From the IMG/VR virus record IMGVR_UViG_2541047786_000002, positions 1 through 48,976 of that record: DNA of 48,976 nt; one strand, given 5' to 3'. Positions 25,374 to 35,383 of this stretch are shown piece after piece. Under the pieces are notes generated by a model. The model saw only the letters and a list, made by a program, of their open reading frames with translations. It had not been told where the DNA came from and ran no database searches. Each line of letters opens with the position of its first letter. The first letter of the stretch is position 1. A program made the position numbers and the translations under genes. Source of the stretch: a virus (lineage: Duplodnaviria > Heunggongvirae > Uroviricota > Caudoviricetes).

Positions 25374-27273
25374 TATGATGAGTGCTGTCACAACAGCATT
25401 ACAGCCCCTGATAAGGGCATTGCCGGTGACGCCAGTTGAATGGGCTGATCAAAATTATTATCTGCCTAAAGAATCTTCATATGGTGAGGGAGAATGGAAA
25501 ACGCTGCCGTTCCAGATCGCCATCATGAACAGCATGGGGAATGATCAGATCCGGACTGTTAATCTGATTAAATCTGCCCGTGTTGGCTATACAAAGATGT
25601 TGCTGGGAGTCGCCGGGTATTTTATTGAGCATAAATCCCGAAACAGTCTGCTTTTTCAGCCCACGGATTCTGCCGCTGAAGATTTTATGAAGTCTCACGT
25701 GGAGGCGACGATTCGCGATGTTCCCTGCCTGAAAAAACTTTCTCCCTGGCTGGGACGTAAACATCGTGATAATACCATCACGCTGAAACGCTTTTCATCG
25801 GGTGTGGGCTTCTGGTGCCTGGGCGGCGCTGCCGCCAAAAACTACCGTGAAAAATCCGTGGACGTGGTCTGCTATGACGAACTTTCCTCGTTCGAGCCGG
25901 ATGTCGAAAAAGAGGGCTCGCCAACCCTGCTGGGGGATAAGCGTATTGAGGGCTCGGTATGGCCAAAATCCATTCGCGGCTCGACGCCTAAAATAAAAGG
26001 CTCCTGCCAGATCGAAAAAGCGGCCAACGAGTCGGCGCATTTCATGCGTTTTTATGTGCCCTGCCCGCACTGTGGGGAGGAGCAGTATCTGAAATTTGGC
26101 GATGAGTCCACGCCTTTTGGCCTTAAATGGGAGAAGGACAGCCCCGAAAGCGTTTTCTACCTCTGTGAACATCATGGCTGCGTGATCCATCAGTCTGAGC
26201 TTGACCAGAGCAACGGGCGGTGGATCTGTGAAAACACGGGGATGTGGACCCGTGACGGTCTGACGTTTTTCAGCGCCGCGGATAATGAAATTCCGCCGCC
26301 GCGCTCCATCACGTTCCATATCTGGACGGCGTACAGTCCGTTCACCACCTGGGTACAGATAGTCTATGACTGGCTGGATGCACTGAAAGATCCCAACGGC
26401 CTGAAAACCTTTGTGAACACCACGCTGGGCGAGACCTGGGAAGAGGCCGTGGGCGAAAAACTCGATCACCAGGTACTGATGGATAAGGTCGTGCATTACA
26501 CGGCGGCGGTGCCAGCCCGGGTGGTTTATCTGACGGCGGGCATTGACTCGCAGCGAAACCGTTTTGAGATGTATGTCTGGGGATGGGCTCCGGGAGAGGA
26601 AGCCTTTCTGGTGGATAAAATCATCATTATGGGGCGTCCCGATGAGGAAGAGACGCTGTTACGTGTGGATGTGGCGATCAACAAAAAATACCGCCATGCA
26701 GACGGAACCGAAATGACCATTTCCCGTGTCTGCTGGGACACCGGGGGGATCGATGGCGAAATTGTCTATCAGAGGTCAAAAAAACACGGTGTTTTCCGGG
26801 TGCTGCCGGTAAAAGGTGCATCTGTTTATGGCAAGCCGGTGATCACCATGCCAAAAACCCGCAATCAGCGGGGCGTGTATCTGTGCGAAGTGGGGACGGA
26901 CACCGCAAAAGAAATTCTCTATGCCCGTATGAAAGCCGATCCCACGCCTGCGGATGAAGCCACGTCGTATGCCATCCGTTTTCCTGATGATCCGGAGATT
27001 TTTTCGCAGACAGAGGCGCAGCAACTGGTGGCGGAAGAGCTTGTGGAGAAGTGGGAAAAAGGAAAGATGCGTCTGCTGTGGGATAACAAAAAGCGGCGTA
27101 ACGAAGCGCTGGACTGCCTGGTGTATGCCTACGCGGCATTACGTGTGTCCGTGCAACGCTGGCAGCTTGATCTGGCTGTACTGGCAAAATCCCGGGAAGA
27201 AGAGACGACCCGGCCAACCCTTAAAGAACTGGCAGCGAAGCTGTCCGGAGGAGTGAATGGTTACAGTCGCTGA
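25345..27273 (+). CDS. A: Terminase large subunit (lambda gpA-like)
   Basis: Start MNISEQQLNN at ATG 25345; long collinear similarity to recalled lambda gpA (WADQNYYLPKES..., KSARVGYTKMLLGV..., CPHCGEEQYLKFGD...). Confidence 0.9.
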   Translation: MNISEQQLNNMMSAVTTALQPLIRALPVTPVEWADQNYYLPKESSYGEGEWKTLPFQIAIMNSMGNDQIRTVNLIKSARVGYTKMLLGVAGYFIEHKSRNSLLFQPTDSAAEDFMKSHVEATIRDVPCLKKLSPWLGRKHRDNTITLKRFSSGVGFWCLGGAAAKNYREKSVDVVCYDELSSFEPDVEKEGSPTLLGDKRIEGSVWPKSIRGSTPKIKGSCQIEKAANESAHFMRFYVPCPHCGEEQYLKFGDESTPFGLKWEKDSPESVFYLCEHHGCVIHQSELDQSNGRWICENTGMWTRDGLTFFSAADNEIPPPRSITFHIWTAYSPFTTWVQIVYDWLDALKDPNGLKTFVNTTLGETWEEAVGEKLDHQVLMDKVVHYTAAVPARVVYLTAGIDSQRNRFEMYVWGWAPGEEAFLVDKIIIMGRPDEEETLLRVDVAINKKYRHADGTEMTISRVCWDTGGIDGEIVYQRSKKHGVFRVLPVKGASVYGKPVITMPKTRNQRGVYLCEVGTDTAKEILYARMKADPTPADEATSYAIRFPDDPEIFSQTEAQQLVAEELVEKWEKGKMRLLWDNKKRRNEALDCLVYAYAALRVSVQRWQLDLAVLAKSREEETTRPTLKELAAKLSGGVNGYSR

Positions 27274-27463
27274 ACTGCAGGCGCTGCGTCAGGCGCGCCT
27301 TGATTTATTAACCGGTAAACGGGTGGTGTCTGTCCAGAAAGATGGTCGCAGAATTGAATATACGGCAGCTTCTCTGGATGAGCTTAACCGGGCGATCAAT
27401 GATGCGGAGTCGGTACTGGGGACAACCCGCCGTCGCCGTCGTCCGCTGGGAGTGAGGTTATGA
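27257..27463 (+). CDS. W: Head-tail joining protein gpW
   Basis: 68 aa; TGKRVVSVQKDGRRIEYTAAS matches lambda gpW [21 protein letters not shown] (recalled). Confidence 0.85.
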   Translation: MVTVAELQALRQARLDLLTGKRVVSVQKDGRRIEYTAASLDELNRAINDAESVLGTTRRRRRPLGVRL

Positions 27464-29052
27464 AACGAACGCCTGTCCTGATTGATGTGAACGGCGTTCC
27501 GCTTCGGGAGAGCCTCAGCTACAACGGTGGCGGTGCAGGATTTGGCGGGCAAATGGCAGAGTGGTTGCCACCCTCGCAGAGTGCCGATGCGGCCCTGCTG
27601 CCCGCGTTGCGTCTGGGGAATGCCCGTGCAGATGATCTGGTGCGCAATAACGGAATAGCGGCCAATGCGGTGGCCCTGCATAAGGATCACATTGTCGGGC
27701 ATATGTTTCTGATTAGCTACCGTCCGAACTGGCGCTGGCTGGGGATGCGGGAGACCGCGGCAAAAAGTTTTGTCGATGAGGTGGAGGCGGCCTGGTCAGA
27801 ATACGCAGAAGGGATGTTTGGTGAGATCGACGTGGAAGGGAAACGCACGTTTACGGAATTTATCCGTGAAGGTGTGGGCGTTCATGCGTTTAACGGCGAA
27901 ATCTTTGTGCAGCCGGTCTGGGATACGGAGAGCACGCAACTGTTTCGTACGCGTTTTAAAGCCGTGAGTCCGAAACGGGTGGACACGCCAGGACACGGTA
28001 TCGGGAACCGTTTTCTGCGGGCCGGTGTGGAGGTTGATCGATATGGCCGTGCCGTTGCGTACCATATCTGTGAGGATGATTTTCCGTTCTCTGGGAGTGG
28101 ACGATGGGAACGGATCCCGCGTGAACTTCCCACCGGGCGTCCGGCCATGCTGCATATTTTCGAGCCGGTGGAGGACGGGCAGACCCGTGGAGCCAATCAG
28201 TTTTACAGCGTTATGGAACGGCTGAAGATGCTGGACTCCCTGCAGGCAACACAGCTTCAGTCGGCCATAGTGAAGGCGATGTATGCAGCGACGATTGAAA
28301 GTGACCTTGATACCGAAAAGGCCTTTGAATATATCGCCGGTGCGCCGCAGGGGCAGAAGGATAATCCGCTTATTAATATTCTGGATAAGTTCTCCACCTG
28401 GTATGACACGAATAGCGTGACGCTGGGCGGTGTCAAAATTCCGCACCTTTTCCCCGGTGATGATCTGAAACTTCAGACCGCGCAGGATTCAGACAATGGA
28501 TTTTCGGCGCTTGAACAGGCGCTGCTGCGGTATATCGCCGCCGGTCTTGGCGTTTCCTACGAACAGTTGTCCCGTGATTACTCGAAGGTCAGTTATTCAA
28601 GTGCCCGCGCCTCCGCCAATGAGTCGTGGCGCTATTTTATGGGGCGGCGAAAATTTATTGCGTCCCGACTGGCCACGCAGATGTTTTCCTGCTGGCTGGA
28701 AGAGGCACTTCTTCGGGGGATTATTCGTCCGCCACGGGCACGTTTTGATTTTTATCAGGCGCGATCAGCCTGGTCACGGGCTGAGTGGATTGGAGCCGGA
28801 AGAATGGCCATTGACGGGCTCAAGGAGGTTCAGGAATCAGTGATGCGCATTGAGGCCGGACTGAGCACGTATGAGAAAGAGCTGGCGCTGATGGGCGAGG
28901 ATTATCAGGACATTTTCCGCCAGCAGGTCAGGGAATCTGCAGAGCGGGAAAAAGCCGGACTCTCACGTCCGGTGTGGATAGCGCAGGCGTATCAGCAGCA
29001 GATAGCGGAGAGTCGCAGGCCGGAAGAGGAGACAACACCACGTGAGACGTAA
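27460..29052 (+). CDS. B: Portal protein (gpB-like)
   Basis: 530-aa ORF in the lambda gpB position, coupled to W and C. Confidence 0.85.
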   Translation: MKRTPVLIDVNGVPLRESLSYNGGGAGFGGQMAEWLPPSQSADAALLPALRLGNARADDLVRNNGIAANAVALHKDHIVGHMFLISYRPNWRWLGMRETAAKSFVDEVEAAWSEYAEGMFGEIDVEGKRTFTEFIREGVGVHAFNGEIFVQPVWDTESTQLFRTRFKAVSPKRVDTPGHGIGNRFLRAGVEVDRYGRAVAYHICEDDFPFSGSGRWERIPRELPTGRPAMLHIFEPVEDGQTRGANQFYSVMERLKMLDSLQATQLQSAIVKAMYAATIESDLDTEKAFEYIAGAPQGQKDNPLINILDKFSTWYDTNSVTLGGVKIPHLFPGDDLKLQTAQDSDNGFSALEQALLRYIAAGLGVSYEQLSRDYSKVSYSSARASANESWRYFMGRRKFIASRLATQMFSCWLEEALLRGIIRPPRARFDFYQARSAWSRAEWIGAGRMAIDGLKEVQESVMRIEAGLSTYEKELALMGEDYQDIFRQQVRESAEREKAGLSRPVWIAQAYQQQIAESRRPEEETTPRET

Positions 29053-30547
29053 TCTTTCACACATTATTGCAGCAGCATTCAATGAACCGCTGCTTCTGGA
29101 GCCCGCCTATGCGCGGGTTTTCTTTTGCGCGCTCGGGCGCGAGATGGGGGCAGCAAGTCTTTCGGTACCACAACAGCAGGTACAGCTTGATGCACCCGGA
29201 ATGCTGGCTGAAACGGACGAGTACATGGCCGGAGGTAAACGACCGGCCCGTGTTTACCGGGTGGTGAACGGTATTGCTGTACTGCCGGTGACCGGCACGC
29301 TGGTGCACCGGCTGGGGGGTATGCGGCCATTTTCCGGAATGACTGGCTATGACGGTATTGTCGCCTGTCTTCAGCAGGCAATGGCAGATAGCCAGGTGCG
29401 GGGCATACTGCTGGACATTGACAGTCCGGGCGGGCAGGCCGCCGGCGCGTTTGACTGCGCTGACATGATTTACCGCCTCCGTCAGCAGAAGCCGGTCTGG
29501 GCACTGTGCAATGACACGGCCTGTTCTGCAGCCATGCTGCTGGCGTCGGCCTGCTCCCGACGGCTGGTTACCCAGACATCCCGTATCGGCTCCATTGGCG
29601 TGATGATGAGCCATGTCAGCTATGCCGGTCATCTGGCGCAGGCCGGTGTGGATATCACGCTGATTTACTCAGGGGCGCACAAGGTGGATGGCAATCAGTT
29701 TGAAGCGTTGCCGGAAGAGATTCGCCAGGACATGCAGCAGCGGATTGATGCGGCGCGCCGGATGTTTGCCGAAAAAGTGGCGATGTATACCGGTCTGTCT
29801 GTTGATGCAGTCACGGGAACAGAGGCCGCCGTTTTTGAAGGTCAGTCCGGCATTGAGGCCGGGCTGGCGGATGAATTAATCAATGCGTCGGATGCCATCA
29901 GCGTGATGGCTGCGGCGCTGAACACACATGATACAGGAGGCACTATGCCGCAATTAACTGCAACGGAAGCCGCCGTGCAGGAGAACCAGCGAGTGATGGG
30001 GATCCTGACGTGTCAGGAAGCGAAAGGACGTGAACACCTTGCCACGATGCTGGCAGGACAACAGGGCATGAGCGTTGAACAGGCCCGGGCGATTCTGACC
30101 GCGGCAGCACCACAGCAGCCGGTGGCATCCACGCAGAGTGAAGCCGATCGCATTATGGCGTGTGAAGAGGCTAAAGGTCGTGAACAACTGGCGGCAACGC
30201 TGGCGGCGATGCCGGAGATGACGGTGGAAAAAGCCCGCCCGATCCTTGCGGCTGCACCACTGGCGGATGCCGGACCCTCACTCCGTGATCAGATTATGGC
30301 TCTGGATGAGGCAAAAGGGGCTGAGGCGCAGGCTGAAAAACTGGCGGCGTTTCCCGGAATGACGGTGGAGGCTGCCCGCGACATTCTGTCCTCATCGCCG
30401 GATAAAGCAGAACCGGTCTCTGCATCCACAACCGCCCTGTTTGAACATTTCATGGCGAATCATTCACCGGCAGCGGTGCGGGGTGGCGTGTCACAGACGT
30501 CAGCAGACGGTGATGCGGACGTGAAAATGCTCATGGCCATGCCATGA
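29042..30547 (+). CDS. C: Head maturation protease gpC (ClpP/S49-like) with C-terminal Nu3-like scaffold region containing three tandem repeats
   Basis: Collinear with recalled lambda gpC (AFNEPLLLEPAYARVFFCAL ... GIAVLPVTGTLV ... KVDGN); C-terminus carries about 40-aa repeats (EAKGRE ... M(S/T)VE(Q/K)AR(A/P)IL(T/A)AAP). Confidence 0.85.
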   Translation: MRRNLSHIIAAAFNEPLLLEPAYARVFFCALGREMGAASLSVPQQQVQLDAPGMLAETDEYMAGGKRPARVYRVVNGIAVLPVTGTLVHRLGGMRPFSGMTGYDGIVACLQQAMADSQVRGILLDIDSPGGQAAGAFDCADMIYRLRQQKPVWALCNDTACSAAMLLASACSRRLVTQTSRIGSIGVMMSHVSYAGHLAQAGVDITLIYSGAHKVDGNQFEALPEEIRQDMQQRIDAARRMFAEKVAMYTGLSVDAVTGTEAAVFEGQSGIEAGLADELINASDAISVMAAALNTHDTGGTMPQLTATEAAVQENQRVMGILTCQEAKGREHLATMLAGQQGMSVEQARAILTAAAPQQPVASTQSEADRIMACEEAKGREQLAATLAAMPEMTVEKARPILAAAPLADAGPSLRDQIMALDEAKGAEAQAEKLAAFPGMTVEAARDILSSSPDKAEPVSASTTALFEHFMANHSPAAVRGGVSQTSADGDADVKMLMAMP

Positions 30548-30583
30548 AGTCAGTGCTGACCATCAATATGAGGTTTTTACAAT

Positions 30584-30931
30584 ATGGTAACGAAAACCAT
30601 CACTGAACAGCGTGCGGAAGTACGTATTTTTGCCGGTAATGATCCGGCTCACACCGCCACAGGCAGCAGCGGGATTTCCTCGGCAACACCGGCACTGACA
30701 CCCCTGATGCTGGATGGGGCCACCGGGAAACTGGTGGTCTGGGACGGACAGAAAGCCGGTAGTGCGGTTGGCATACTGGTACTGCCGCTTGAAGGCACAG
30801 AGGCGGTGCTGACGTATTACAAGTCGGGGACCTTTGCGACGGAGGCAATCCGCTGGCCTGAAAGTGTGGATGAACACAAAAAGGCCAACGCCTTTACCGG
30901 CAGTGCCCTGAGTCACGCGGCGCTGCCGTAA
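30584..30931 (+). CDS. D: Head decoration protein gpD
   Basis: 115 aa; DPAHTATGSS ... TPLMLD ... KLVVWDG ... YYKSGTF matches lambda gpD (recalled). Confidence 0.85.
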   Translation: MVTKTITEQRAEVRIFAGNDPAHTATGSSGISSATPALTPLMLDGATGKLVVWDGQKAGSAVGILVLPLEGTEAVLTYYKSGTFATEAIRWPESVDEHKKANAFTGSALSHAALP

Positions 30932-30988
30932 CACGTTATCAGGCCACCGCGTTGGCCTGACTGATTTCTTAATGAAAGGAACTGATTT

Positions 30989-32017
30989 ATGGGATTGTTT
31001 ACGACCCGCCAGTTACTCAGTTATACCGAACAAAAAGTTAAATTCCGTGCGCTGTTTCTGGAGCTGTTTTTCCGCCGCACGGTGAATTTCCACACCGAAG
31101 AGGTGATGCTGGACAAAATTACCGGAAAAACGCCGGTGGCGGCCTATGTCTCCCCGATCGTTGAAGGAAAAGTGCTTCGCCATCGCGGTGGTGAAACCCG
31201 CGTGTTACGTCCGGGCTACGTCAAGCCCAAACACGAATTTAATTACCAGCAGGCGGTTGAGCGCCTTCCTGGTGAAGATCCGGCTCAGCTGAACGACCCG
31301 GCCTACCGTCGTCTGCGTATCATTACCGATAACCTCAAACAGGAAGAGCACGCCATTGTCCAGGTGGAAGAAATGCAGGCGGTGAATGCCGTGCTGTATG
31401 GCAAATACACCATGGAAGGGGATCAGTTTGATACTGTCGAGGTGGATTTCGGGCGCTCTGAAGGAAATAACATTGAGCAGGCTGACGGTAAAAAATGGTC
31501 TGAGCAGGACCGTGATACGTTTGATCCGACGCATGATATTGACCTCTACTGCGATCAGGCCAGCGGCCTTGTGAATATCGCCATTATGGACGGTACGGTC
31601 TGGCGTCTGCTGAATGGCTTTAAGCTGTTCCGCGAAAAACTGGATACCCGTCGCGGCTCAAATTCACAACTCGAAACGGCAGTGAAAGACCTGGGGGCGG
31701 TGGTGTCCTTCAAGGGGTATTACGGCGATCTGGCCATTGTGGTGGCGAAAACGTCTTATGTGGCAGAGGACGGTACCGAAAAACGTTATCTGCCGGAGGG
31801 CACACTGGTCCTGGGGAATACGGCAGCAGAGGGCATTCGTTGCTATGGTGCCATTCAGGATGCGCAGGCGTTGTCCGAAGGTGTGGTGGCCTCTTCCCGT
31901 TATCCGAAACACTGGCTGACTGTGGGCGATCCGGCCCGTGAATTCACCATGACGCAGTCCGCACCGCTGATGGTGCTGCCGGATCCGGATGAGTTTGTGG
32001 TGGTACAGGTGAAATAA
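30989..32017 (+). CDS. E: Major capsid protein gpE
   Basis: 342 aa; strong collinear similarity to recalled lambda gpE (YVSPIV.G.V.R.RGG ... PGYVKPKHE ... GDPAREFTM.QSAPLM.L.DPDEFV.VQ). Confidence 0.9.
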   Translation: MGLFTTRQLLSYTEQKVKFRALFLELFFRRTVNFHTEEVMLDKITGKTPVAAYVSPIVEGKVLRHRGGETRVLRPGYVKPKHEFNYQQAVERLPGEDPAQLNDPAYRRLRIITDNLKQEEHAIVQVEEMQAVNAVLYGKYTMEGDQFDTVEVDFGRSEGNNIEQADGKKWSEQDRDTFDPTHDIDLYCDQASGLVNIAIMDGTVWRLLNGFKLFREKLDTRRGSNSQLETAVKDLGAVVSFKGYYGDLAIVVAKTSYVAEDGTEKRYLPEGTLVLGNTAAEGIRCYGAIQDAQALSEGVVASSRYPKHWLTVGDPAREFTMTQSAPLMVLPDPDEFVVVQVK

Positions 32018-32025
32018 TCCGTGAG

Positions 32026-32054
32026 CGGGGGCGAAATGCCCCCGTGTCTTTTTT
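32026..32054 (+). terminator. Terminator-like hairpin after the major capsid gene
   Basis: Perfect 7-bp stem CGGGGGC / GCCCCCG with GAAAT loop followed by TGTCTTTTTT. Confidence 0.5.
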
Positions 32055-32068
32055 CACAGGAGGCTGAG

Positions 32069-32452
32069 ATGGCAACAAAAGAAGAAAATCTGAATCGTCT
32101 TCGTCAACTGGCTGGCCTGCTGGGGCGCGAGGCGGATATGTCGGGGAGTGCTGCGGATATTGCTCAACGTGTGTCTGAGTGGGAAGAGGAGCTTGCTGTT
32201 TCCCCGGAGGGCATTATGCACTCTGATGAGAGCGGGGCTGATCAAAATCACACAGACGATGGTGAGCAGTTGCACAACACTGATGCTACGGATGATGTTA
32301 AAGCGGTCCGTGTGCGGAAATGCCTGCATGTGATGGGGTATTGCCCGGAGACAGGCCGTCCCGTTGAACTGACGTACCGGGGCATGCGTGTTATGGTGCC
32401 ATCACCACTGGCGACAGCCATGATACAGCACGGAACGGCTGAGCATGCGTGA
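32069..32452 (+). CDS. FI: DNA-packaging protein FI-like
   Basis: Start ATG 32069 with SD CAGGAGG; 127-aa acidic protein in the lambda FI position. Confidence 0.65.
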   Translation: MATKEENLNRLRQLAGLLGREADMSGSAADIAQRVSEWEEELAVSPEGIMHSDESGADQNHTDDGEQLHNTDATDDVKAVRVRKCLHVMGYCPETGRPVELTYRGMRVMVPSPLATAMIQHGTAEHA

Positions 32453-32798
32453 TTTTCAGAATGCCTTTGATGCTGCCCTTGCCGGGGTGGACAGCACGAT
32501 TGTTGAAGTGATGGGGCTCTGTGCGCAGTTCACCTCGGGAGCACAGCGTGGAAGCGAAGTTCAGGGGGTTTTTGACGATCCGGAGTCGCTGGGTTTTGCC
32601 GGTGGCGGGGTCCGTATTGAAGGAAGCAGCCCGTCATTATTTGTGCGGACGGATACGGTGCGTGCCGTGCGGCGTGGTGACACGCTGACCATTAACGGCG
32701 AGATGTTCTGGGTGGATCGTGTTTCTCCGGATGACGGGGGCAGCTGTTATCTCTGGCTCAACCGTGGGCAACCACCCGCTGTTAACCGGCGACGATAA
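32445..32798 (+). CDS. FII: Head completion protein FII
   Basis: 117 aa; GVFDDPES.GFAGGGVRIEGSSPSLFVRTD ... WVDRVSPDDGGSCYLWL ... PPAVNRRR matches lambda FII (recalled). Confidence 0.85.
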   Translation: MRDFQNAFDAALAGVDSTIVEVMGLCAQFTSGAQRGSEVQGVFDDPESLGFAGGGVRIEGSSPSLFVRTDTVRAVRRGDTLTINGEMFWVDRVSPDDGGSCYLWLNRGQPPAVNRRR

Positions 32799-32813
32799 AC
32801 GCAGGGTGAAATT

Positions 32814-33347
32814 ATGGCGATAAAAGGGCTTGATCAGGCGATTGATAATCTGAGCCGGGTTCGTAAAAACGCCATTCCGGCGGCTTCAGCAATGACGATT
32901 AACCGCGTGGCCACAACGGCGATTAATCAGTCTTCATCACAGGTTGCCCGGGAGACAAAGGTACGCCGGAAACTGGTAAAGGAACGGTCCAGACTGAAAC
33001 GGGCGACGGTCAGAAATCCGAATGCCAGAATTATCGTTAACCGCGGTGATCTTCCAGTGATTAAGCTGGGGATCAGGATGCTGGGCCGTCGTCCGAACAG
33101 CATACTTAAAGCCGGTCAGCATCGGTATCAGCGGGCATTCATTCAGCGATTAAAAAACGGTCTCTGGCATGTCATGCAGCGTGTGGCCGGGAAAAACCGT
33201 TACCCTATTGATGTGGTGAAAATCCCGATGGCGGCCCCACTGAAACAGGCATTTGATGAGAATATTGACCGTATCCGGCGTGAACGCCTGCCTAAAGAAC
33301 TGGCATACGCGCTGAAACAACAACTGAGGATTGCGATAAAACGATGA
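32814..33347 (+). CDS. Z: Tail completion protein gpZ-like
   Basis: 177-aa ORF in the lambda Z position. Confidence 0.7.
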   Translation: MAIKGLDQAIDNLSRVRKNAIPAASAMTINRVATTAINQSSSQVARETKVRRKLVKERSRLKRATVRNPNARIIVNRGDLPVIKLGIRMLGRRPNSILKAGQHRYQRAFIQRLKNGLWHVMQRVAGKNRYPIDVVKIPMAAPLKQAFDENIDRIRRERLPKELAYALKQQLRIAIKR

Positions 33348-33739
33348 AACACACTGACATTCGTGCCGCAGTGCTGGATGCACTCGAGCAGCATGAACAC
33401 GGGGCGACGCTGTTTGATGGTCGCCCCGTTGTTTTTGACGAAGAGGATTTTCCTGCGATCGCGGTTTATCTGACGGATGCAGAGTATACCGGTGAAGAGC
33501 TGGATGCAGATACCTGGCGGGCCACGCTGCATATTGAGGTATTTTTACCGGCACAGGTACCGGATTCAGAGCTTGATCAGTGGATGGAAAGCCGGATTTA
33601 CCCGGCGATGACTGCGATCCCGGCACTGGCAGGACTGATTACCACGATGGTTACGCAGGGCTATGAGTATCGTCGTGATGACGATATGGCGTTATGGAGT
33701 TCTGCAGATCTGACTTATTCCATTACATACGAGATGTGA
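33344..33739 (+). CDS. U: Tail terminator protein gpU-like
   Basis: 131-aa ORF (same length as lambda U) in the corresponding position, ATGA-coupled to Z. Confidence 0.75.
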   Translation: MKHTDIRAAVLDALEQHEHGATLFDGRPVVFDEEDFPAIAVYLTDAEYTGEELDADTWRATLHIEVFLPAQVPDSELDQWMESRIYPAMTAIPALAGLITTMVTQGYEYRRDDDMALWSSADLTYSITYEM

Positions 33740-33746
33740 GGACGAT

Positions 33747-34493
33747 ATGGCAACACCAAATCCCCTGGAGCCGGTAAAAGGTGCCGGTACCACTCTGTGG
33801 GTTTACAACGGCAAGGCTGATGCTTATGCAAACCCGTTGTCAGACGATGACTGGCAGCGACTGGCTAAGGTGAAGGATCTGACGCCGGGCGAGATGACGG
33901 CTGAATCCTACGATGATAACTACCTGGATGATGAAGACGCGGACTGGAGCGCGACCGGGCAGGGGCAGAAATCTGCAGGTGATACCAGTTTTACGCTAGC
34001 CTGGAAACCGGGAGAGGAAGGCCAGAAAGGGCTTATAGGCTGGTTTGAAAGCGGCGATGTCCGGGCCTATAAAATCCGTTTTCCGAATGGCACGGTGGAT
34101 GTGTTTCGTGGCTGGGTCAGCAGTATCGGTAAGGCCGTGACGGCGAAAGAAGTGATCACCCGCACGGTGAAAGTCACTAACGTGGGTAAACCTTCTGTAG
34201 CGGAAGAACGCAGCAAAATTACGCCGGTCACTGCGATTAAGGTAACGCCGACAGGTACGGTTGAAAAAGGGAAAACAACCACCCTGACCGTTACTGTGGA
34301 ACCGGAAAATGCAACGGATAAGACATTCAGGGCGATTTCCGCCGATCCATCAAAAGCCACCATTAGCGTGAAAGATATGACGATTACTGTGACGGGGGTT
34401 AAGGATGGAAAAGTCAGCATCCCTGTGATTTCCGGTAATGGTCAGTTTGCTGCGGTGGCTGAAATTACCGTTAATAATGTGCCGGGTGGCTAA
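33747..34493 (+). CDS. V: Major tail protein gpV with C-terminal Ig-like domain
   Basis: 248 aa; position and size match lambda V; C-terminal Ig-like region ([35 protein letters not shown]). Confidence 0.8.
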   Translation: MATPNPLEPVKGAGTTLWVYNGKADAYANPLSDDDWQRLAKVKDLTPGEMTAESYDDNYLDDEDADWSATGQGQKSAGDTSFTLAWKPGEEGQKGLIGWFESGDVRAYKIRFPNGTVDVFRGWVSSIGKAVTAKEVITRTVKVTNVGKPSVAEERSKITPVTAIKVTPTGTVEKGKTTTLTVTVEPENATDKTFRAISADPSKATISVKDMTITVTGVKDGKVSIPVISGNGQFAAVAEITVNNVPGG

Positions 34494-34511
34494 AGAGCTG
34501 AGAGATAAGCG

Positions 34512-34943
34512 ATGTTCCTGAAAACAGAACAATTTGAATATAACGGTGTATCCGTCACGCTTTCTGAGCTGTCTGCGCTGCAGCGTATTGAGCATCTTGC
34601 CCTCCTGAAACGGCGGGCAGAAGAGGCTGAAGCCAGCGGCAACCTGCAGGTGAGTGTGGAAGATCTTGTCAGAACCGGCGCGTTTCTGGTGGCGATGTCC
34701 CTGTGGCATAACCATCCACAGAAAACGCAGTCACCGTCAATGAATGAGGCCGTGATGAAGATAGAGCAGGAAGTGCTCACCACCTGGCCTGCCGATGCCA
34801 TTGCCCGGGCGGAAGACGTGGTGTTGTGCCTGTCCGGGATGATCGAAGCTGTTCGTCCGGATACTGATATTACTGAAGTGGCGAAAAATAACACGCTGAC
34901 TGATGATGATTTTTCTGCGGGAAAGTCTTCGACGGCGAGCTGA
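34512..34943 (+). CDS. G: Tail assembly chaperone gpG
   Basis: 143 aa; N-terminus MFLKTEQFEYNGVSVTLSELSALQRIEHLALLKRRAEEAEA closely matches recalled lambda gpG. Confidence 0.9.
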   Translation: MFLKTEQFEYNGVSVTLSELSALQRIEHLALLKRRAEEAEASGNLQVSVEDLVRTGAFLVAMSLWHNHPQKTQSPSMNEAVMKIEQEVLTTWPADAIARAEDVVLCLSGMIEAVRPDTDITEVAKNNTLTDDDFSAGKSSTAS

Positions 34944-35383
34944 ACTTTGCCCTCAGACTGGCGCGTGAGATGGGGAGACCCGACTGGCGCGCCATGCTTG
35001 CCGGGATGACATCCACCGAATATGCCGACTGGCACCGTTTTTACCGCACGCATTATTTTCAGGATACCCAGCTGGATATGCATTTTTCCGGGCTGACGTA
35101 CGCTGTACTCAGCCTGTTTTTTTGCGATCCGGATATGCATCCCTCTGATTTCAGTCTGCTTGTCCCCCGGCATGAGGAAGAGCAGGTGGAGAGGCCGGAT
35201 GAGGACAAAATGCTGATGCAGAAAGCGGCAGGACTTGCCGGAGGCGTCCGGTTCGGTGGGGACGGAGGGCGCGATATTTTATCGTCTGCGGATGTGGCGG
35301 ATGTCATGGTGGATGATGCCGCATTAATGATGGCTTCAGCGGGGATTCCGGGAGGTGTGAGATATGTCCCAGCCGGTTGGTGA
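34512..35383 (+). CDS. G-T: gpG-T fusion made by programmed -1 ribosomal frameshift
   Basis: Slippery heptamer G GGA AAG at 34919..34925 in the G frame; the -1 frame continues as the gpT-like ORF to 35383. Confidence 0.75.

Noticed and set aside
25795-26496. 233-aa minus-strand ORF (similarly 29057..29632, 36540..37070, 38302..39039, 38958..39650, 35922..36500)
   Set aside because: Antisense shadow ORFs lying wholly inside well-supported terminase, C, H, L and K genes.
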